Below the pieces are notes generated by a model. The model ran no database searches and was not told where the DNA came from. It saw nothing but the letters and a program-made list of their open reading frames with translations. A stretch of DNA of 64,000 nucleotides from Macrostomum lignano (lineage: Eukaryota), in NCBI GenBank assembly GCA_002269645.1, contig NIVC01001915.1, forward strand, positions 62,001-126,000, read 5' to 3'. Both the position numbers and the translations under genes were made by a program. Of the stretch, positions 13,567 through 24,200 are shown piece after piece; the stretch's first letter is position 1, and every line of letters starts with the position of its first letter.

Positions 13567-13636
13567 CAACTTACTGACTAACTAACTAACTAACTAACTA
13601 AATAACTAACTAACTAACTAACTAACCAACTTACTG

Positions 13637-13670
<34 letters not shown>

Positions 13671-14443
13671 CAACTTACTGACTAACTAACTAACTAACCA
13701 ACCAACGCACCTGCAGGTAGTCGGACACCAGCCGGTCAATCGGATTCCGAACCACCAGCACAAGTTTGCGCAGTGCCTGAGATTCGTTGCCGAAGAATCT
13801 GCTCATCCGAGCCGTCACGGCCGGTGTGTGGAAGTAGGCCGGCGTCTTCTCCGCCGTCAGCTGACCGGCCAGCGACAGCGGCATGCGGAGACGGTAGAGC
13901 TCCGGGCGCAGGGCCTCTTCGTCGGTGCCGTCGGCTTCGTCGGGGAACCGGTCGAAAAAGTGCGCCTCGCGTTCGGCGGCGGCCACGTCGGGGTGCAGCG
14001 CCAGGAAGCGGAGCGCCGCCCGGGTGCCGCCTTTGCGAACCCCAATGATGATGCAGGCCGGCAGGCGGCGAGCTCGGGGCGGCCCGGGATGAGGGGCGGA
14101 TTGCTCAGAATGAGGGGCGGATTGCTCAGGATGAGGGGCGGATTGCTCAGAATGAGGGGCGGATTGCTCAGAATGAGGGGCGGATTGCTCAGAATGAGGG
14201 GCGGATTGCTCAGAATGAGGGGCGGATTGCTCGGGATGAGGGGCGGATTGCTCAGGATGAGGGGCGGATTGCTCGGGATGAGGGGCGGATTGCTCGGGAT
14301 GAGGAGCGGAATCCGGAGCGGGAAACTGCGCAGACTTGAGAGCGGAAGCCGCCACATCATTTCCAGTCGATGCCGCGCGCTTCAACCGAGCGGAGACCAT
14401 CAGGCAGCTGAGGGCGCACCAGTTTGCAAAATAATAATTAAGC
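12575..14443 (-). CDS. HS3ST: Heparan sulfate glucosamine 3-O-sulfotransferase (HS3ST1/5-like); 5' end uncertain
   Basis: Exon 14443?-13711 carries LPACIIIGVRKGGTRA (5'-PSB), LHPDVAAAE.E.HFFD, EKTPAYF and VRNPIDRLVSDYLQ (3'-PB). Exon 13075-12575 carries SLYDVHM, HIVDGD, FYYNATRGFYC...CLAESKGR.HP and the stop. Phase-0 GT-AG intron 13710-13076. Confidence 0.93.
13108..13702. repeat. (ACTA)n microsatellite making up almost the whole HS3ST intron
   Basis: About 145 tetramers with ACTG/ACCA interruptions. Confidence 0.98.
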
Positions 14444-14869
14444 CTGCAGCTGAGCAAAGCCGAACTTCATCAGCAGCACTAATTCAAGGATTAATGATGC
14501 TGAGTGAGACAAGAAAGGAAGATATGCTCGTTTTTGTAGCGATTAGAAAGGGAAATGGCGGTCGAGACTCTTCTTGGGTCGATGCATCAGCAAGTTGGGA
14601 GGGGAGATGACAGAGCCAATCAGTCAGTCAGTGCTGCTGCACAAATTTTCTGTTGCCAAGGAATTTCTAGCGGCTGACTTGGCCTAACGAGCTGTCCGCT
14701 TCAGCACAGAATGCGGTCTGACTTGATCTGGGCTTGGGCTGGCACTCCTGGGTGGGGGAGAGCTGAAGTGTAACTGAAATGGGGCCTGAAGAGGGGCTGA
14801 ATGTTAGCTGAAGGGACACTGAAAGGGGAACTAAAGGGAGACTTGACGTTGGACACGAAGACGACCTGA

Positions 14870-16150
14870 AGCTAGGGGACCTGAAAAGGATCTGAAGGGA
14901 GACCTGAAAGGAGACCTGAAGGGAAGACCTGAAGGGAGACCTGAAGGGAGACCTGAAGGGAGACCTGAAGGGAGACCTGAAGGGAGACCTGAAGGGAGAC
15001 CTGAAGGGATACCTGAAGGGAGACCTGAAGGGAGACCTGAAGGGAGACCTGAAGGGAGACCTGAAGGGAGACCTGAAAGGAGACCTGAAAGGAGACCTGA
15101 AGGGAGACCTGAAGGGAGACCTGAAGGGAGACCTGAAGGGAGACCTGAAGGGAGACCTGAAGGGAGACCTGAAGGGAGACCTGAATGGAGACCTGAAGGG
15201 ATACCTGAAGAGAACCTGAAGAGTACCTGAAGGGAGACCTGAATGGAGACCTGAAGGGAGACCTGAAGGGAGACCTGAAGGGAGACCTGAAGGGAGACCT
15301 GAAGGGAGACCTGAAGGGAGACCTGAATGGAGACCTGAAGGGATACCTGAATGGAGACCTGAAGGGATACCTGAAGAGAACCTGAAGAGTACCTGAAGGG
15401 AGACCTGAATGGAGACCTGAAGGGAGACCTGAAGGGAGACCTGAAGGGAAACCTGAAGGGAAGACCTGAAGGGAGACCTGAAGGGAGACCTGAATGGAGA
15501 CCTGAAGGGATACCTGAAGAGAACCTGAAGAGAACCTGAAGAGTACCTGAAGGGAGACCTGAATGGAGACCTGAAGGGAGACCTGAAGAGAACCTGAAGA
15601 GTACCTGAAGGGAGACCTGAATGGAGACCTGAAGGGATACCTGAAGAGAACCTGAAGAGTACCTGAAGGGAGACCTGAATGGAGACCTGAAGGGAGACCT
15701 GAAGGGAGACCTGAAGGGAGACCTGAATGGAGACCTAAAGGGATACCTGAAGAGAACCTGAAGAGTACCTGAAGGGAGACCTGAATGGAGACCTGAAGGG
15801 AGACCTGAATGGAGACCTGAAGGGAGACCTGAATGGAGACCTGAAGGGAGACCTGAAGAGAACCTGATGAAGAGTACCTGAAGGGAGACCTGAATGGAGA
15901 CCTGAAGGGAGACCTGAAGGGAGACCTGAAGGGAGACCTGAAGAGAACCTGATGAAGAGTACCTGAAGGGAGACCTGAAGGGAGACCTGAAGGGAGACCT
16001 GAAGGGAGACCTGAATGGAGACCTGAAGGGAGACCTGAAGAGAATCTGATGAAGAGTACCTGAAGGAAGACCTGAAGGGAGATCCGAAGGGAGACTCTAA
16101 GGCCGAAGGGTGACCTTAAGAGGGACCTGAAGGAGGACCTGAGAGAGATC
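14870..16150. repeat. 12-bp minisatellite GACCTGAAGGGA
   Basis: About 100 copies with variants GACCTGAATGGA and AACCTGAAGAGT. Confidence 0.97.
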
Positions 16151-16902
16151 TGAAGGGAAATCTAAATGGGAACCTGAAGGAAGCCACAGACTCCTGAAGT
16201 ATCAGAAACAGGCAACTTCTCAGCAATTAAATCAGCTTCGAACAGAATAAAAATTCTCACCAAAGCAGAATGCAGAGCGAGTTCATTTTTACACCTGCAT
16301 GAATTCGAAGAAATCCCGAGAAATCAAAGTATTTTTAGAAACTGTGCTTTATCGCAGGGATAAATAGCGAAGGTTCGCTCTGAAGGATGGGGAATATTAT
16401 ATATGAAGCTGGGGATCTGCAAGTTGCCCACTGGTTGGCTGGGGCGCTCCAACCGAATTCCCTCCATTGAGAGTCCAATCAGCAACTGGAGGCTTTTTTG
16501 AGTTCGAAATAAAATATAAGCCGAATTGATTTGGGATATTGGGATAAAAATGGGAGGTAAAGTAAATTGGGATGTTGGAAAATGCCCACACGGTTGGGAC
16601 TTGTCGAGGGCCAGAAATCCCGCGGCTTCAGGCATGGGAAATCAGCGCTGCATTGTACTTGTCCCCCCAGCTGCCGCCGTGGGAATTCCGGCTGGAGAAG
16701 CTGCCTTCTTATCTTCCTCAAGCTCCTTTGAGGAGCTTGTCGTGCCTGAGCTGTCAGGGAGTACTGGATGGAGAGTCTGGATGGCCACGGAGCTCTGGCT
16801 GCGATAATTTCTCTAAATTCCCCATTTACACACAGAAGATGTACATTAAGATAGAAGATAGATATATTAGAAGACATAGATTAGATTAGATTAGAATGAA
16901 AT

Positions 16903-17630
<728 letters not shown>

Positions 17631-17982
17631 GCTTGCCAGTCCAGATGTTTAACCTGAGTAGTCCATGTCCCGGCCTTACCGTCTCGCCTTTAGCACTCCC
17701 GACTCTCTCAATAGAAACTCATTCTTGTAGATGAACGCTTGGCTTGTTTCTCAAGATTTTCACGGCGCGACTGGTGCAGAATCGGTCCGAAGGAAGGAAG
17801 GCACGCAACTTTTAGTGGCTTCTGCTCATGGACTGCTTTAAAAACTTTTCCTGTACTAGAAACCAAATATAGTTGGTAATAAAACGACACCCTTTGCCGG
17901 ATGATTCATGGCTCGTAGCTGCAACGAAATTCAGCCGGTAGCTGGGAGGTGAAGCCCTCCCAAATCGGCTGGAGAAGCATTC

Positions 17983-18275
17983 GGCGCCCCTTCACAGTGT
18001 CTTTGGCGCCCCTTCACAGTGTCTTTGGCGCCCCTTCACAGTGTCTTTGGCGCCCCTTAACAGTGTCTTTGGCGCCCCTTAACAGTGTCTTTGGCGCCCC
18101 TTAACAGTGTCTTTGGCGCCCCTTAACAGTGTCTTTGGCGCCCCTTAACAGTGTCTTTGGCGCCCCTTCACAGTGTCTTTGGCGCCCCTTCACAGTGTCT
18201 TTGGCGCCCCTTCACAGTGTCTTTGGCGCCCCTTCACAGTGTCTTTGGCGCCCCTTCACAGTGTCTTTGGCGCCA
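17983..18275. repeat. 22-bp minisatellite GGCGCCCCTTCACAGTGTCTTT
   Basis: About 13 copies. Confidence 0.97.
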
Positions 18276-19041
18276 ATTCACTAGTAGTGGGTAATTTTTT
18301 ATCTAAAAGAAACGCCACCCACTCATATGAGATGGCACCCAATAAAATGAAATGCCGCCCTCAAAGACCAAAAAAAAATTTTTGGGTTAATTGAAATAAA
18401 ACTATTCGAAGTTTTTCTGTGTGGCCTTTCCGCCAGTCCACTATAGATTTTCCAGAAGCCCATGGCTAAAGTCAAAGAAACGGTACTTGAGGTAATTTCA
18501 TAGGCTTCTTTCCCGGACCTCTCTTTCTCCTCTTACTCATTCTCTCCCGTGAAGAGATTCTCCAGTGCTCAAGCAGCTTCAACCTGCGATCTTCTCAAAT
18601 TCTGTTTCAAGCTCGAAAATTGGCAATGCGTTCAAATATCCCCCCCGAATTCGATTAATTTTAACCAATGTAATAAGAATTAGCGGTCTTCATACCACTA
18701 TTAGTGAGCCCTAATCCTCCAAATCCTTGTGTCTTAATTGATCAATAATTCTCTCTATCACTTATAGCGATTTACAAGAGTTTTATATAGTTACGCGCGG
18801 TCCAATGCTCGAACTCGCCATGACTTCCCAACCCCCCTCCAGAGGGTGGACCTGTGTCTGATTAATTCTCGACAACATATTCAAGTCAAATGCAGTCCAT
18901 ATAAAAGTTGGATGAATAATTTGTATCAAAAACTATATAGTATAGCCATCATCAACATCAGTCTATTTCTTTCCAATTCAATTTAGCTTAAGCAGTCCGG
19001 AAACTACTACAAGTACTATATTGGCAGAGTGCGAGCATTTT

Positions 19042-19596
19042 TTAGTATCGATGGGACCTCGGCCTGGTCGGGTATTTCTCTCCGTAGTAGCCGTAGCCGT
19101 AGCCATCGTTGCCATAGTAACCGTAGTAGCTATTGTCGTAATAATCGTTAGACTCGTCGCCATAGTAATCGTAGTCTTTATCGTAGCCGCGGTTGCGTCC
19201 TTTACTATAGCTAGGCAGCTGGTCATAATAGATATAACCCTTGCCACCGTAGCCATTCGCATTACTTGTACTATAGTAACCATGGCCGCTTCTACCACCG
19301 CTACTGTAGCCCTTGCCGTAGCTCGGCAATTGGTCATAATAAACGTAGCCGCCGTTATTGCCTTTGCCTCGTCCATAGAGACCGTTGCTGCCAAGGTTGC
19401 CGTACTTATAGCCGGATTGCACCACCTTGACTAGGCCGGTGGCCCCGGGGTGGAACAGGGAGGCCGTGGGCGAACGAACCGGTACGTACCGGATTTTGCT
19501 GCTGCTGCCCGAGCCAGCGTAGACTGTGGCCGCCGAGGCCAGCAATAATAACAGTACATCGAGTACTAGCTGGTGTCGTGCAAGGCTCGTCTTCAT
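19042..19596 (-). CDS. Secreted Tyr/Gly-rich protein (eggshell/adhesive-like orphan), 184 aa, single exon
   Basis: Signal-peptide-like N-terminus (MKTSLARHQLVLDVLLLLLASAATVYA); about 33 Tyr and 32 Gly by manual count, no Cys; internal duplicate GY(V/I)YYDQLPSY(G/S)KG. The DNA is not a tandem array, so the composition is unlikely to be a repeat artefact. Confidence 0.8.
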   Translation of the reverse strand: MKTSLARHQLVLDVLLLLLASAATVYAGSGSSSKIRYVPVRSPTASLFHPGATGLVKVVQSGYKYGNLGSNGLYGRGKGNNGGYVYYDQLPSYGKGYSSGGRSGHGYYSTSNANGYGGKGYIYYDQLPSYSKGRNRGYDKDYDYYGDESNDYYDNSYYGYYGNDGYGYGYYGEKYPTRPRSHRY

Positions 19597-20179
19597 AGCC
19601 AGCCACAAGAGTACAGTTGAGTTAATTAGACGGAGGCTTCTAATCTAGTTCTCTCTAGTTAGGCAAGTTAGACTGGCTGCCCTGCAAGCGCCGGGTGTTT
19701 TATGACTGCTTATCGATTTTATTAGTTCAGCTTTGGGGGTGGGGTGGGTCGGGCTGGGGGCAGGAGTAAAAGGGTGAACGGTTGGGGTGGGGGAGGGGTG
19801 CGACGTTCTGACCAATGAGGTTTCCTCTGGTCAGCTTATTACAACCAGCGCTGATTGGATGAAATCTTGCTGATATATTGGACATGTTAAGAAGAGTATA
19901 CTCGTACATGCATGTATGTACGAATACTGTAAGTCGAGTCGTAAAACTCCGGCCCGCGAAGCCTCTCTATAAGGGTCTCGGGTCCTTTGAAACTTCACAA
20001 TAGCAATCCGGCTGCTCAAGGTTTGTCTCTTCTCAGCTTTTTTGTCTCCTCTCCTCTCTTATCTCCTCCATTCTCTCTACTTTTCTCTCTCATCTGGCTC
20101 GCAGCCATGAGCTGGATTGTTACTAAGCAAAATTGCGTTAAGTTTATTCATTAGCCCAACTAGATATAATTGGAGTCAT

Positions 20180-20402
20180 CCAGTCAGTCATCCAGTCAGT
20201 CAGTCAGTCAGTCAGTCAGTCAGTCAGTCAGTCAGTCAGTCAGTCAGTCAGTCAGTCAGTCAGTCAGTCAGTCAGTCAGTCAGTCAGTCAGTCAGTCAGT
20301 CAGTCAGTCAGTCAGTCAGTCAGTCAGTCAGTCAGTCAGTCAGTCAGTCAGTCAGTCAGTCAGTCAGTCAGTCAGTCAGTCAGTCAGTCAGTCAGTCAGT
20401 CA
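20180..20402. repeat. (CAGT)n microsatellite
   Basis: About 53 pure tetramers. Confidence 0.99.
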
Positions 20403-21232
20403 AGAGATTTAAGAGCTAAAAAATGCGCCCATACTTTCAAGTTGAACATGCCCTGCTGCCGGCATTGGCACAGGTTTAAAAATGCAAGTGGCTGTATTTG
20501 CAGGTAATTGAAGAAATTCAAACAAAAGTAAAAAATACACAAAAAATTAAACAAGGGTAAACGTACCGGAAGAAAAAAATTATTGAAGAAAATTACCCTA
20601 TCATGCGCTACGGGCACTACTAAAAGTAATAACACTGCTAACCAAAGTTAACAGCAGACAACATGAAAACGGCGCAAGCTTCTACTCCAGCGTACTTCCA
20701 GAAAGTACAGTAAAGTACACGAATAGGGTACTAATGTATTGATATTATCTTATCAGTGGTAGGCTTGCTTGCTTAATTAATATTAAAAAATCAAACTTAA
20801 AATGCGCTCTTTCTCTCTCTTTTTCTCTCTCGCTTACCTTTAACCCCAGTTTTTAGTGCTCTTTCGTGATTTTGTTACTCCCCCTTTTGTATTTGACACC
20901 TTAGAAGGTACAACCGTTTATATATTGGTGGGCCAATGAAGCATCATTAAAACAAAAATGTGTAATGAATCAGACATCCATACGGTATTAAACAACAGAA
21001 AATACAGAATAACAAGAACAAGAAATACAGAAGCCATGCAGACACAGCAAAATTTGCTATTTTATTAGAGTTCATAGCATTATAGCAGCACAAAGGAGGG
21101 CCAATTACTTCATGGTTAGTAAAGTCCATTACACGTCCATAAAGTCTCATAAAGAATTTCCATTACACGACACGGCCAATCAGCGTCTAGGAGCGCTAGG
21201 AGCGCGGGAAAAAATCAGTCAAACAATGCAGC

Positions 21233-24200
21233 TCACTCCAGCAGAGTCGCAGCTCTATCGTCCAGCACCTCGGCGCGCCACCAGCCCTCCGGCTGACGCG
21301 GCGAAGTGAGCCGCAGTTGCAGGCCGCCGTCGTCCTCCTCGCCCAGGGCGATCAGCTTAGCGGCGCAGCCGTCAGCGAATCGGCGGCCAGCGGGCGGCCG
21401 CAGGCGACACTCGGCGGCCAGGGCTGGGACTCCGGCGGCCGAGACGGGCACTCGGCGAACCCGGAGCTCGTCGGCGGCTGAACCGAACGACTCGTTGCCG
21501 TAGTCGACAAAACGGACTCGCAGCCGGCCTGCGGCATCGGCCGGCTCAACAATGCGAGCTCGGTACCAGTCCTCCTCGTACAGGGCGATGCAGGGCGTCC
21601 CGACAGTGAGCTCAGCTGCCGACAGCGCCGGCTGGTCAGCTGCCCGTTCCTGCAGCAGTTCGTGCAGCTCCTCCAGCCGCGTTTGCTCATCCACCCGCTG
21701 GGCAAACAGCGCCAGCTCCTCCGGCCCAATGCGACAGGCGTGGCAAACCAGGCCAACGAACTGCGGCGGAAAATTCCCTGCCGGGATGGTCGACTGCTCC
21801 TCGCTCTGCTGCTGCGGGCGGTCTGGCTGATTCTGTTGCTGCTGCTGCGGGAGGTCTGGCTGATTCTGTTGCTGCTGCTGCGGGCGGTCTGGCTGATTCT
21901 GTTGCTGCTGCTGCGGGCGGTCTGGCTGATTCTGTTGTTGCTGCTGCGGGAGCGTCTGATTCTGGGGCTGAAACTGGAAAGCAGACTGCAGCGTCTGCGG
22001 ATTCTGCTGTTGCTGCTGCTGCTGCGGGAGCGTCTGATTCTGGGGCTGAAACTGGAAAGCAGACTGCAGCGTCTGCGGATTCTGCTGTTGCTGCTGCTGC
22101 TGCGGGAGCGTCTGATTCTGGGGCTGAAACTGGAAAGCAGACTGCAGCGTCTGCGGATTCTGCTGTTGCTGCTGCTGCGGGAGCGTCTGATTCTGGGGCT
22201 GAAACTGGAAAGCAGACTGCAGCGTCTGCGGATTCTGCTGTTGCTGCTGCTGCGGGAGCGTCTGATTCTGGGGCTGAAACTGGAAAGCAGACTGCAGCGT
22301 CTGCGGATTCTGCTGTTGCTGCTGCTGCTGCGGGAGCGTCTGATTCTGGGGCTGAAACTGGAAAGCAGACTGCAGCGTCTGCGGATTCTGCTGTTGCTGC
22401 TGCTGCGGGAGCGTCTGATTCTGGGGCTGAAACTGGAAAGCAGACTGTAGCGTCTGCGGATTCTGCTGTTGCTGTTGCTGCGCACTGCTCTCAGATGAGT
22501 TGCTCTGCCGCCTGCTAGATGGCGACTGCTGCTGCTGCTGGTCGCGCAGCTGACGCAGCCGGGTCAAGACGTCGCGCCCGTTGACCTCCAGCGCTACCTG
22601 GACGCCTGAGGCTCGCCAGCAGGTAAAAGTTACAATAGCCGGCCGGCCAATCAGCTTGCGCAGGCTGGCAATGACGCTGGGCCCGGCCAGCTCGCCTGGC
22701 TGCAGGTTGGCCAGCGAGCAGTGCAGGGCGCAGGGCGGCTGCTCGGCCAGACTGTCCGGCAGTGGCGCCAACAGGCTGCCTGGTAGACAGGCCAGTCTGC
22801 CAGTGTCTACCAGACGGACCAGGTAGTGTCCACCGGACTCGCCCTGGCTGAGTACCAGAGCCCGGCGCCAGCAGGCGTCCCGCTGATCCATGGCCAGACA
22901 GGCGGAGTCCCGAGGGAAATTGTCCTCAGCATTGTCGGCCTGATCTCCGCCGCCCCGGCCGGGCCTGGCCGGAGGCCGGTAGCGACTGAGGCGATCCGCG
23001 ATTCGCTTGGCAATGGCGGCGTCGCAGTCCATCAGGATGTGCAGCGAGGCGGCGTGGTCAGCGTGCAGCACGACGCAACTGTCGCGGCCTTTGACCGGCG
23101 TCCTTAGCAACGGATGAGGAAAATTAAAAATCTTTAAAACCCATCAGCTACTTTCACATTTCTTAGCATTCTTGTCAGCTACTTTCACATTTCTTAGCAT
23201 TCTTGACAGCTACTTTCACATTTCTTAGCATTCTTGTCAGCTACTTTCACATTTCTTAGCATTCTTGACAGCTACTTTCACATCTCTTAGCATTCTTGAC
23301 AGCTGCTTTCACATTTCTTAGCATTCTTGTCAGCTACTTTCACATTTCTTAGCATTCTTGTCAGCTACTTTCACATTTCTTAGCATTCTTGTCAGCTACT
23401 TTCACATTTCTTAGCATTCTTGTCAGCTACTTTCACATTTTTTAGCATTCTTGTCAGCTACTTTCACATTTTTTTAGCCAAGGACTACTCAAGTAGGATG
23501 GGAAACCTTGTTTCTTGGAAAATTTGAGGAGGCAGACCCAATATTCATCTTTTAATATGCTGTGCCAATAAGTAGCCCTATTGATATTCATAGAGCTTTT
23601 TGTTTAGAAAATTAGGGTTCTATATTTAATCATTCTACGCACAATTAGCTAACCAACCTGACAGGATAGGCCGCAGGCAGACCAACAGTCTCAGCTGTGG
23701 GCGAGTGCTTTTTACTATTCGAAGCCGGCTTCAGCGCGTGCAGCAGCTCGGGCAGCAGACTCAAATCGGGACTGAATGAGACCTCAACAGTGGAGCCTAG
23801 AGACACGGACACCACGGTCAGCCGGCCGCACTGCAACTGGCCGGTCGGAAAGTCGGCCTGTCCGAAGTTGGCTAGCCGAGCGGTGAGAGACCAGGCCGGG
23901 GTCGACGCGACAGTTCTCGGCGCAACAGTCAGCTCGGCCAGCTTGGCAACAACTTCAACTCCGTAGTCAACCAGCAGCAGTCGGCAGTGGGATTCTGGGC
24001 CGGCCCCGTCTGGCAGCTCCATCAGCAGGGTTGCCCGTCGAGCAGGAGCTGTCGGTGTCGCGGCCAGCATCACGGGGGTGCCAGCGGGCAGGGGCGGTGT
24101 GGCCGGGCTGACATCCTGGCCGGGCAGCTTGTCGGCCAGCCGGCGCAGATGCCGCCGGTCGTCTCGCAGTAAGAACCGGCCAGTGCCGGTGGCCGGGTCC

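Noticed and set aside
18978-19434. Ala/Thr/Val-rich overlapping ORFs
   Set aside because: They are alternative-frame and antisense shadows of the Tyr/Gly-rich gene, and only that frame has a signal peptide and a true ATG.
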